Source: Azolla caroliniana (taxonomy: Eukaryota > Plantae > Polypodiophyta). From it: a DNA stretch of 64,000 nt. The stretch covers positions 11,470,001-11,534,000 of the forward strand of contig JBHGNT010000001.1 in NCBI GenBank assembly GCA_043228905.1, given 5' to 3'. The position numbers and the translations under genes were made by a program. Below the pieces are notes generated by a model. It was not told the origin of the DNA and ran no database searches. It worked only from the letters and a program-made list of their open reading frames with translations. Each line of letters starts with the position of its first letter. The first letter of the stretch is position 1. Shown one piece after another: positions 49,377 through 61,586 of the stretch.

Positions 49377-52300
49377 TTATCCTTTGCTTGAGATCCATCC
49401 TTCAATCATGCGTTGTGAGGAATATGCTTGATCTGCAGGTACTAGATGACCCGAGTTAGACACCACAACATGTGTCAGGGAAGAGAAAGATCGAACATAT
49501 CCTAAAACAATGTTATTCTCCTTCCAAATCTGCCGATCTGAAGCATAGAAACGATCAAGCCCATCCCATTCCAAGAGTCTAATCCAAGCTTCTGAAGAGG
49601 CAACTCCATCTTGAAGATCAAACTGTCCTTGGTAGAGTAAAGTAGGGATTGATTGATTGAGCAGCTCTTCAATCAAATGTTTGACACTTTTAGTCACATC
49701 CGATCCCAATCTCTCTAGAACTTTACTACTACATGATTTCCAATGTAAGGGTCCAATGTTCAATAAAGATGCTTGCATTTCCTCATTGTTCATGAATTCA
49801 GTTAAATAATCCACCCCATCTTTACTGGTATAATACCCCACTTGCCGCCTCACATCAAGCAAAGTTGGCAACCCAGTTTTGTTCTTTATGTAATCCAATA
49901 ACTCAACCCTTGCATTGTGAGCATCCTCCCACTTTTCCTCCTCAATAAGGTCCACAACTTTGGTTGCCAAAATTTTAGCTTCGGATGTTTGATGTTCATC
50001 TATGAGTCCCATGTAATAAGCCATTGGAGCATTGTATTGGACCTGGATAAAATTACAAAGGCTCCTGAAGACATTGTCGATACGCTATTGTCAAAAAAAC
50101 ATTTGGACTTTGAATATAACTAGAACTTATATGCCAAAAGTGTAAATTCGAGAATAAGAAGTTGGCAAACCACTCCATGTCCCCTTCCCTATAGAAGCTC
50201 ATAAGATTGGCTGCCAATCACTACGTGGAATTTGTAATCTTCTTATACGTACATGCACAAACATTTTTGCCTCACCTATAATTTGCAAACACAATCTTTT
50301 AAATGCCTTCTTAACTAAAGGAATTCATTGGATGTGTCAAATGGTACAGTTAAATTTGCTGGCAGTATTGGAGGTGGTCACTGTTTATCATCAACCCAAG
50401 TGGTAGAATCATTCAAAAAGGTCTGGGAGATATGCATGAGGAACCTAGTAGATCTCTTATTTATCTTGAGAACTTTCAGGTGTAAAGAGTATTATATTTT
50501 CTTCTCAATCAACATAGAATATCAACCATTGTGAAGAAGTAGATCAATGTATTTTAAGAGCAAAGATTTGACCTACTCATCTATGACAGGTTATGCATTC
50601 CCGTTAGATGGAAGATAAAATGGATGAGTCAGAAAAAACATTGCCCATAATATCAGCACCAAAATATTTCCTTTCAACAACTATCTAATACAATGGGCTT
50701 GCCAAAAATGATAACTGCTGTACCCAGTGGACTATGGGATGAGATATGCATTGTTCATGCTGACACATTATCCCTAAACCATATAAAGGGGCCATGTCAA
50801 ACTTATAGTAAACAATCCAGATCTGGGGTATGGGATAAGTAAAAGGGCACTGCCTATAGCACCAATTGTTTCCTTAACAATTAATCCAACCTTATCCGCC
50901 ATGGGTGGATGTGTCATGAATGATCATTAAAATGCCTAGGGTTTCCTGAACAATTTTATCCAAACCCTAAACCATATATGGTGAAAAACACAGATTCCAT
51001 TGCATATTTAACAACATCAAGTCTTTCATTAAGAAGTCTACATATTTAAACACTAAAACCTGTTAAGATATATATTAAACACCGGTCATTTTAATAATGA
51101 AATACCGAGTATAACTATAGAACGAGTACAACCCATGCCTATAGCAGACCATCATTTAGTATTTCCTTAAAAAGAATGTGTAAACAATAATTTACTAAGA
51201 CATATTTCATTAACTACCAATTTAACCAGTGCAATAGGTGTGCCACAAAACAATAATGAGAAATTATAATATATACCTGGACTATGGGATGAGTAAGGCC
51301 ATTGCCTATGGCAATACCATCTAACCGCAAGGGCAAAGAAGAATTTGAACTTGAACCAATGTGCCTATGATGACTTATATGGCCACCATATGTGTGCAGA
51401 TGAACCATCTTCTTTTTCTCCTCTTGTTTCCGGAGGATATGAGTAGCAATTGAAGGTACATATTTTCCTGCATAGCTTTCTCCGGTGACATAGAAAGGTC
51501 GGTCCTGGAATTCTGGGAACCTCTCATAAAATCCTTCTAACGCCACATAAACATCCCGGGCCACATGATCTTGATCACTGGGAATATCTTCGAGGGAAGG
51601 GGCAATACTAAATCCAACACCGACAGGGTTGTCGAGGAAAAGGAGGCCAAAGCGATGGTTCCATGGATAAGGGTTGCGGTGAAGACATAAATCCTCTTCA
51701 ACATGCCATGGTCCAAGTTCATAAAAGTTCCCAATTGAACTCGAACAACCAGGTCCTCCTTGTAGCCACAATAGTATAGGAACCTTCTCTAATTTCTTAC
51801 ATGATCATCACCAGCATTAATATGATTACTGGCATCATTATCTATTGGGGAAAAAGTACACCAAATAATCTTTGGCAATTTACTGGATATTATTTAACAT
51901 AATACTCCTAATTTTTGGGAAAAAAATCTGAATAACCATATGCAGTGTGGAACACTTAAGCTTCCAAAAATTACCAGACTACCCCTGTGTAGAAACTTAG
52001 GGGTAGTTTGGTAATATTCCAAAATTTAGGGATAGCATGGTAAATAAGATCCAATAAGTTGGGAGGATACGTTGGTGTTTTTTGCTCTTCATTTTGATAA
52101 CTAGCAATGCCAAACAGCTAGCCCAATTAGGTCGACAATTAGAGCATTACTACCTCTTGTGAAGACTAATTAGTAACAACCTCATTGGTGCACATACAAT
52201 ATTAATGCACAATTACCTCCTTCAGACCATGACTGGGCATAAATTAGCCAATTCTAATTATCCGGTTACTAATCATTAAGTTTTACTCTCCTTCCCTAAT

Positions 52301-52776
52301 TTTCTAATAACCATTTGTGAAGAAATGAATGAATAGTGATTTGCTAAATTTCAAAGGTTTGGAAGGCTCTAATCTTGGAGAAATTCCCCATAATTTTTGC
52401 ATTTATTTTCATTATTTGATCATTGATGGTCATTATAATAATTTGATTCATTAAATAAACAAATAAGAGAGTGTGTGTTTGTGTGGGTGTTGTGTATGTA
52501 TGTAAATTTCTCTACATCTGGACATTATAATGATTTGATATTATATATATATACTTAAATAAGGATCAAATTTACCTCTAGTTGTGATGATTCATAGAAG
52601 GTGAAGAACATCTTTGAACCTCTGCTTTCATTGATGGTTAAGTAGCCTGATGCCGTGGGGGCTGCTTCCCTCGGCCAACACGATGACGACGAAGAAGAAA
52701 CTAGTAGAGCAACATGAATCCAAGTAAGAGGTAGAAGAAAAGGCAAAAGGATTAAAGGTGTATCTTTAGCCATCAT
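49377..52776 (-). CDS. Serine carboxypeptidase-like protein (peptidase S10, SCPL50-like); exons 52776-52576, about 51783(or 51795)-51277, 50042-49377
   Basis: Signal peptide, SGYL, WLQGGPGCSS, FLDNPVGVGFS, catalytic GESYAG, AIGNGLTHP, YQGQFDLQDG and SGHLVPADQ. The exon-2 acceptor is uncertain. Confidence 0.9.
51847..52087. mobile_element. Fold-back MITE-like element in SCPL intron 1
   Basis: About 51850-51920 is an imperfect reverse complement of 52017-52085. Inner stem TTACCAGACTACCCCT / AGGGGTAGTTTGGTAA. No TSD seen. Confidence 0.65.
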
Positions 52777-53829
52777 GGATTCAAAATTCAAACTTTGGCT
52801 ATGGAAACCAAAATCATTTGCCCGGAAGTTTTCTAATCAAAACAAAAACTGTTGGGCTATTTTAGGGGGTTTCTCTCCTGAGACATCTTTCTCTTTTGCT
52901 TTCCTTCTGTGAAAACAAAACGCCACAAACCACAAACACACAATCTCAGAATAGCAACACTCAGCCAAGTGTAAAAAGCAATCAGATCACCATGATATCT
53001 CTTGAGCTTTTTCCACGGAAAGTGTACAGGAATGGCCCCAGCATGTAGGTTATCACCACACAACAATACTCATGACTCATAACATTTCCTCAAAGTTTCT
53101 CTGTATGACTGACCATATATAGTGATAGGGACAAGCTGCCTAACAAGGCTGTTTGATTCTGAGAAGAAGATACTCCACTACTCCAGGAAGCCTTTTCTCA
53201 TATTTGTCATGTCCCATGTGGCCCATATGTTTTTTCATGTGCTACATATATAGATAGACCCATGAATGTGTATTTTCTTATCAGTGTGCTCAAATGTCCA
53301 TACCCTGAATGTGGCCATTTAGGGCTTGAAGAGGCAACAACAGAGTAGGGTTTATGCCCGATGGACTTTATAAGAAAGAAATTATATTAGTCGATGTGAG
53401 TGAACATAGATGTCCATACCCATTGATGCATCCATCGGAGGGCTTGAAGGGATGATACAATATATCTACAGGTGCCACAGGCTTTAAAAGATTTAATGTG
53501 GGCGATGGGAGTCAACACAAATGTCCATATCCACGATGTGCCCATGCCACAAATAAAAGACAATGAATAGTTACATCCAACAACTTTCCACTCATGGAAA
53601 TTCGAAGATACAAAAATCAATTACAAGATTCATGACAATGAAATCATACTAATATTAAGTTGTAACAATTTTGTTCCAGTAGAGTTAGCACAAGATGTCC
53701 TACATCATATTGGTTCAGATCATGGTTCTTGTTCAAGGTTGAAGAGTTCGCATAAATAATATGATGTTTCGGTTGGCACTATGATTTGCTTTTTCGAAAC
53801 AACTTACTACATGTTCCCAATGGCCGTTC

Positions 53830-54070
53830 TTGACTCCAAGTCTTTACAACACCATTATGGCATGGCAATGGTTTGATTTTGTTAACAATTTGTCCTCTTC
53901 CAATGGTTTTGATGTCATTCTCATCGTGGTAAATCAATTCACTAAGATGATATATTTCCTTCCATGCTCAAAGGTGGTCAACAATCGAGAGTCAATAGAT
54001 CTGGTTATGCATAAAGTATTTAGGTATCACGATATTTTTTTTATGACATCATCTAATTTGACCCCAAGAG
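53830..54070 (+). mobile_element. Degraded Ty3/Gypsy integrase fragment
   Basis: DFVNNLSSSNGFDVILIVVNQFTKMIYFLPC...VFRYH resembles the Gypsy integrase motif DF(I/V)xxLPxSxGxDxIxVVVDxFTKMAHF. Confidence 0.75.
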
Positions 54071-55877
54071 ATTCAGACTATTATGTCTCATCGTTTACAT
54101 GATTATTTGTTTTTCCTAATCAAAATTCGAGAAAGGTAGAATCTCAAGATTAAAAGCTTAATCATTGATCTCATTGCTCAACACTATAACTTTTAGCTTT
54201 TAATCTTTACCATCAGGCCTAAGTCAAACTTTTCTCTTATACTTTAACACATTTAGACGTAGGCATTTGTATTTTTAATTTCATACTTACTATGCGGGGT
54301 TAAGTAGATGAAAATTAAAAGAGAGCCAAATGATGATATGCTAAATAAATAAGTGAATAAGATGAAATATTGCAACATGATTTTTTCCGGTAGTTACAAT
54401 AATAACTAAACAAAGCGCAATAATGCATTAAAGGTTGAAGGAGATAATTATCAATAATGATTATGGAGAGATTACAAAAATAGATTAGCAATCTAATTAC
54501 CAAATTGATATAATTTTGTTTGAAAGGAGGAAGGAAGATTGTGATAGTAAGGTTAAAAGGGAGATTTTCTTGAAACTAGGCAAATATTCAAGTTAACTAC
54601 TAAGTGTCAAGTTCATATACTAAAGGGGGCCCAAGTGTATTTTGGCTCTATGAAGATAAATACTTAACCCACTTCTATTTACATTCAGTCTTGTGATCAA
54701 TATTTTGTGCAAAAGTGGATTCCTAATATTTATTTCAACAATATGTTTGGTTGCAGGAGGGATAGTTTTGTAGAGGTTCAGTATGTAAGGCAAAAATATG
54801 TTATGATTATTATATTGGGAATCCACCCTTTGGATGTCCTCCTAGCATCCCATCATGTGGGATTGTTGATGCTACATGCATGATAAGTAGAGATGAAACC
54901 CTACTAGGCTTGAATGACCATGAGGATAAAGAAATAAGATAGCAAGAAGATCTGCACTACTTTAGCCAACAAATCCTTGTTCGGTTTCTTGCAAAGGAAG
55001 AAAGAGAGAGAACAAAAAAGTATTAATTACTTGCAATATTCAAACCATTAGTATAAAACATAAGAATTTTGAAACACATCCAAGAAAATCTCAAAAACCC
55101 CTTGCTTTGCAACTCCTTTGAAATGCTAAATATGCCTAAATTACAAGGTGATGCAACTCTCACCTTCATATATATGCTCTACGATCATATACCACCAAAT
55201 CATAAGGTGATATCATACTTTGGAAGCATACACACAATTAATCTTCATTGTTTTGTTGTTAAAGTGCTCTTTCAAAATGAGAAAGGATAAGAATTCATCC
55301 ACTTCTTTAACAAGCTAGACTTCAATTGATGGAATATTCATCCACAAAGGTCAACACAAATAATGCATATGTTTAACTCTTCACAAAAAGCTCAAGTATT
55401 AGCATCAAATATAGTTACATAACTTACAATATTTGAATTATGTTATTACCTATTTGGGCTTGGTGAAAGGGTGATGCCACAAAGTGATTGTAATTATTTT
55501 TTCTTAGTTGCGTGATAGGAGTTCCTATTTTTTTGGGTTGGATGTCTACAAATATGCACCTCATAGTTCTCATTTATCCATTTCCAACCATTTAGTGTTC
55601 TCTCTCTCTCTCTCTCTCTCATCAATTCTAACGGGACCTTTATCTTGTGAGGATTTCCCTTAATGTCTATCATGTTGCCACTTTCCTCTTTGATGGGTCC
55701 CCCGCCATGTTTCATCATCAATAATTTTGAAAATCAAGCCATTAGAACTTTTTGCCATTTAATTTGAAGGTACATATATGTTGAAACTATAAGCTTACAT
55801 TGGTAAAGATTACATTCGTTGTGGATAACTGTTATTTCCTTTGATTGGTTGATTGATATATATACATATATATATAT

Positions 55878-57426
55878 AGAATTAGAATTAGAATTTTTAT
55901 CGTCCATAAAGAGGCCAATTTTGACCTATGGGACCAGAGTATACATGTGTTCTTGATATATGTCTCCTTCCTAAGAAGGGGTATTCATATGTTGAAGCAC
56001 AAAGTCTCTATGTGTTAATAAAGCATACACATATGAGCTCCACCTTCTAGATGGCGTCTTTAAGTATGGATCTTAAGTTATCACTCCCTCTTAGTATGTC
56101 AACATATCTTGAACGAATTGCACTATATGTCAAGCATGTGAAGAGCAAGTGACATTCATGCTCTACCATGCCTTCATTGCATACTTTACATGTCTTCAAA
56201 TTCGTTACATTTTGATACCATGATGCAACTTCAATACCTAACTTGTGAGATTGAGTGCGAAGTAGTGTAAGGGCTCTACGAGCATTGCTACTCATATTGG
56301 TAATGAGATAAGGTTGGATACGATCAATAAACATTCTTGCTTTATATTGAGACCAACATTCAGGGTTGACATTTGCAATGTAGTATTCTAGCTTTGTCCT
56401 CTTAGCATCCTCCCACTTCATCCTTAATGATTCCACCAACCTTTCCTCAATCATTTCATATTGCATAGCATTGCCTGAAAGCTCTAAAAGATCATCCACA
56501 CCCCATCTTCTAAACCATTTCTTTATGTCAACAACCCAACCAGATGAGAGAATCTTACTTTTATGATTCTTTTGTAGCTTACATCCAACATTCCAAGAAA
56601 GATGTGGTAATCGATGATTCGACATATTCTTGACTTTTGTAATGTATTTATATACTCTTTGGAGTGCCAATAGTTCTATGGGTCGAACACCCGTTTCCAA
56701 GAGCATAACCTGGTAAGAGGTAGTGCATTTAACTCCTAATTGCCTCCTTAAAAACATCTTTTGAATTTTCTCAATCTCGTTCCATGCATTAAGAGAGATG
56801 GTGCCACCCCATACTTCTACTCCATAAAACAATACTTGAGTTACCATGGCATTGAATAACATTAATTTTACTTCCCATCCACAAGTATCACTTTGGTTGC
56901 ATTGGTTTTCCAAAAGGTAATATGATTTCCAACCGGCTTGGAGTCTAGAATCAAAGCATGCACTCCATTTATTTGTGGTGGGTACATCAATACCAAGATA
57001 TTTAAAGCTTTGAACAAATTGTATATGTTCACCTTTATATGTGAGCATAGGGTAATGATGAGGTTGGATGGTTTGCATTACCATCATTTTTGTTTTCTCC
57101 ACATTCACTGTTAGTCCACTACTATGGCAAAATTCTTCTAATACCCCAAGTAAATGTTGCATACTATCAACATCATATGAGAAGAGTACCACATCATCCG
57201 CATATAGAAGCAATAAGATAACATGTTGCATCAAATTGGGGCCATTCAATCCTTCTTCTCTTGCAACCTTATTCGCCACTTCTTCTAATTTATCAATACA
57301 TAAGCCAAAGAATGTGGGTGATAGTGGACATCCTTGCTTGACCCCCATGTTACTTAAAAAGCTCTTTGAGAATCCACTATCCATTTTTAGTTGGCATTTA
57401 ACTTGTTCATATAGGCGTGCAACCGT
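55878..57426 (-). mobile_element. LINE 3' half: RT to CCHC finger, open over 445 aa
   Basis: GVKQGCPLSPTFF, LLYADD, FKYLG, RTQSHKLGIE, CKVC...EHECHLLFTC. Stem-loop at 55902-55934 and an (ATTCTA)n tail running into (TA)n. Confidence 0.95.
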
Positions 57427-57427
57427 T

Positions 57428-58859
57428 GAGAGAGAGCGATAGATAGATAGATTATATTATCGTCTTCGGAGGTCAAATATGACCTATGAGACCAAAAATA
57501 TTACATTTCACGTGATATGTGTGAAAGTGAGTAGTGACTCTCGATGTTCAAGAACTTTACCAATGAATGTTGCAATCGAGAGTGCACATTGTGGTTGTGA
57601 GAGGAATTCATGCAAAGATTGGGCTCGATCGAAGAGATGTGGAAAGCATGGTCGAATATGATCAAAGGCAGAGGATTGTATCAAAGTGTGATACTCAGAC
57701 TCACGAACTTGTTTAGGGCAAAGTGTGCTTAGTCGACCACTCTCATCACTTGTACCCCAACGCCCTGTTTCACATCGCAATGCATGTGAGCTAAGTCGCA
57801 TGGAAGCAATGGTTCGAATGGAAGATAACAGTATGGGCTCTAACATGTATGGATGTGTACGATTTCCCCATTCTGCAAAGAATATGGTTTTGTAGTTAGG
57901 TGCAACATGTGTAGTATAATGTGTGAAGCGTGAGCCTCCACATTTGTCCCATGTCATGATACATTGGCGCTACAAAAATGCCTCATTTACAGAGGAATCT
58001 AATGATGCATCATGAAGCAAGTGTCTCGCATCCCATCTACCAAACCATTTTTCTTTATCTTGCATCTAATTGGAACACAAAACTTTGCTTTTATGCGTCT
58101 TTTGGATCTTTTTGCTTGCTTCCCACGCAATTCTAGGAAGTCGATGTGAGGGACTTTTTTGAACCTTAAGCATGTATTCAACAACCCTTTCCATGGCCAT
58201 GATCTCAATGGGAAGCAATCCCGTCTCAAGGAGGAGGAGGGTGTAGGGCGTTTGTTTCTTAACTTGTAGAAACTTGGTAAGAAAATGCTTTTGGACATTT
58301 TCAAACTCTTTCCACATAGATTTAGGGATGCTACCGCCCCATACTTCCAGCCCATAGAGAAGAACCGGTGTCACCAAAGTGTCGAAAATATATTTCTTGA
58401 GGACCCAACACTTAATATCTCCAAGATTGCATGTGTTCTCAAATGCATAGTATCCTCGCTTGCCCGCCTCTAAGCGGCGTGTAGCACATTCATTCCATCT
58501 ATGATTTGAAGGAACTTCAAGGCCAAGATATTTGAAGCTTTCCACACATTCAAGTGGCTCATTTTTGTACATAATGCATGGTTTATCTCTTTTTTGGCTC
58601 TTCACAAGCATAATCTTTGTTTTAGAGCTATTGACACTTAATTTAGTATGCATGCAAATTTTTTCCAATGCCTTCATAAGCTTTTGTGCATCTCCTAAAG
58701 TATTTGCAAAAAGCACTACATCATCTGCATATAGCAAAAGCATAATCACAACATTCCCAATGGCAACTTCTTCAACACATTCTTCCTTTGCAAACTTGGT
58801 AACCATTTCTTCAAATTCATCAATGCATAGACCAAATAGTGTTGGTGAGAGTGGGCATC
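57428..58859 (-). mobile_element. Second LINE (related family), interrupted within RT by a Copia LTR
   Basis: CPLSPTLFGLCID, LLYADD, FKYLG, RLSSHALRCETGRW. Tail stem-loop at 57462-57492 plus an (ATCT)n/(TC)n tail. Similarity breaks exactly at the LTR terminus, 58860. Confidence 0.93.
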
Positions 58860-58901
58860 TGTTAAAGATTGCTTGCGGAAGCGTTAGAAAGAACAATACA
58901 C

Positions 58902-58944
<43 letters not shown>

Positions 58945-61586
58945 AGGACACACTATTTTCAAAAATTATATGAATACTCTGTGCTCTCACACTATCTACA
59001 ACGCGCTCATCAGCGCTATTTATACAAGTCCACACGGGACTATTAGAAGTACGGTGTACTTCAATGCTCACACGAGCATCTGACACTAACTACGAAACTA
59101 TAACTGCCTAGTAGTCTAACCTATATTAGGCTACCAGTTACGGATTGGATCCGGCATACCGGCTCCCCAGCTCACCGGTCCTTACTGCTTACCGGCTCGG
59201 TTGCTCACCGGCATACCGATTCCTCTCACTTACCGGCTCAGGCTTATTCAGCCGATCCGGCTCTGGTTGAGCTTGCCACTCAACTTGAGGTAGGGTCGTA
59301 GTGTCAACCTCTTTGGCAGCCGGTTCTTCCAACCAACTTCTCATGGCGTCGCTTCGCCTTGCTCGCGCTCCTTGTCCGGTCCGGTCCCGTTCGCCGCGAC
59401 CCCTTTGGTTCTGCGCGCCTCGACCTTCGGCATGTCTGCTCAATAGGCCCATCTCAGCTCCTTTGTTGCTATGACTCCGGCGCTTGCCGATCCGTCGGTT
59501 CCTCCACGATGGCATCGACTTCCGCTGCGTCCGTGTCTCCTTGGCCTCTCGTTGATCCGACTCATCCGGATCCGTCTGTTGATCTGAATCGGCTGTCTTT
59601 GACTCGTTCCAGCTCTTGTCCGAATTGGTATCCTCCGATTCGATTTTCGGCTTCAGGCCTCTAACCACATCGGACCACGTCCGGGTCTTGGCCTTCTCCG
59701 TGCTTCCTTTGGCTTCTTCAACTGGTTCACCGAAGTTGAATTCTTCGGTCAACTCCGCATCATGGCCATTACGATCGTGATGACCTCCGTATAACATGCA
59801 CTTCTCTTCCTGAGTGTACACTTCTTCTTCACAGCCGCTCACTCCGACCTATTCGGATGTGCCGACTTCCTTCGTCGACTCGGCTTCATTTTTCTTCTTG
59901 TCTCCACCTCTACCGGTTCTTCTCTTACATACGGGTTCAACAGTTTTTTTGCCTTTGCGTCTCCCCCTCAAGTGCGACACGTCGAGATGCTGAACACCAA
60001 GCATTTCGGTAAAGTGCTACAACTTGTCCGACCCGAGCGGTTTGGTGAAGATGTCGGCAACTTGTCGATCCGTGTGAACATACCGTATTTCAACTTCACC
60101 GCTCAGGACCCGCTCACGCACGAAGTGATAATGCACTTCTATGTGCTTTGTGCGAGCATGGAACACAGGGTTCTTGGCGAGCTGCATGTTGCTGAGGTTA
60201 TCGCAGTAGATAAGGATCGGGGTCGGTACCTTGATCCGCAGGTCTTGCAGTAGTCGCCGAAGCCAAATGGCTTCACAGGTGGCAACGGTCACGCCCCAGT
60301 ATTTAGCCTCAGTGCTGGATAGAGCCACTGTTGGCTGCTTTTTGCTACTCCACGCAACAGCCGTGCTCCCAAGAGAAAACATAAAGCCGGAAGTTGAGTG
60401 ACGATCCGTTGCATCGCCAGCCCACTCAACATCCGTGTAGCCAACAAGCTCTTCGGTTATACCTTGCCGGTATAAGAGCCCCCGGTCCTTAGTGCCGTTT
60501 ACATACCTTAGTATTCGTTGCACGCATTGAAGGTGCTCCACGGTCGGCTTCTGCATGAATTGGCTTACCACTCCAACCGGATAGCTAATGTCGGGTCGGG
60601 TGATGGTCAAGTAGATCAGGCTTCCGACTATTTGTCGGAACCTTTTCTCATCGCAAGCTGGTCTGGAGTTGGGATGGATCTTCTGATTCCGGTCCAGGGG
60701 TGTGGAGACAGGTCAACATTCCGTCATGCCGAACTTGTACAATATATTCAACGCATAATGGCGTTGAGAAAGCAATATGTCGTCGGGAGTGTGGATGACC
60801 TCGATCCCCAAAAAATAATGAAGGTCCCCCAAGTCCTTCATATCGAATGCGTCCGACAACTGGGACTTGACGCAGTTGATTTCTGGAAGACTTGGGCCGG
60901 TGATGACTAAATCATCAACATAGAGTAAGATACATACCAGACCGTTTGAGCCTTGACGGATGAACAAGGAAGAGTCTGACTTAGAGGCACCAAACCCCAT
61001 CTTTCGCAACCAGTGCGTGATCTTAGCATTCCAAGTACGGGGGGCTTGCTTCAAGCCGTACAACGACTTCCTCAGCCGGCATACCGCCAACTTGTTCACC
61101 TTCGACTAAAATCCGGGGGGCTGAGTCATAAAGACTTCTTCTTCAATATCTCCTTGAAGGAAGGGATTCTTCACATCCATCTGATGAAGATGCCACCCCC
61201 TTGCCGCAGCAACCGCCAGTACCACACGAACCGTCGTCATCTTCGTTATAGGAGCGAAGGTCTCGTCGTAGTCGATTCCGTGGGTCTGCGCATATCCCTT
61301 CGCCACTAACCCGGCCTTGTACCGGTTAACTGTACCGCCGACATTGTACTTTACCTTGTACACCCACTTGCATCCGATCGGTTTACAGTGACGGGGAGAG
61401 TCAACCAAGTCCCAAGTTCTGTTGGCATCCAGTGCCCGCATTTCTTCCTCCATAGCGGCACGCCAATTTGCGTCCTTTGCCGCTTTTGCGTAGCTCTCCG
61501 GCTCACGCACTTCCGCGACCTTGGTCATGTACGCATAATGATGCGCCATGTACTCGTTATACCCGTACCGTTTAACGAGATCCTTC
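58860..61586 (-). mobile_element. Ty1/Copia LTR retrotransposon, 3' part (RT, RNase H, extra 3' coding region, 3' LTR about 58860-59240), interrupted by a second Copia
   Basis: RT motifs [33 protein letters not shown]. RNase H motifs ALSSTEA, CDN, TKHIEVHYHF, ADIFTK. The LTR ends CTTTAACA and has TATAAATA near 59020. Three transition-type stops (61106, 60713, 60017). Confidence 0.93.

Noticed and set aside
54864-55360. Possible further solo LTR starting TGTTGATG
   Set aside because: No matching CA end with the GGGAT TSD was found.
58066-58962. 298-aa ORF with an SLSLSL N-terminus as a single gene
   Set aside because: A chance fusion of the Copia LTR (TC)n tract with LINE RT across the insertion junction.
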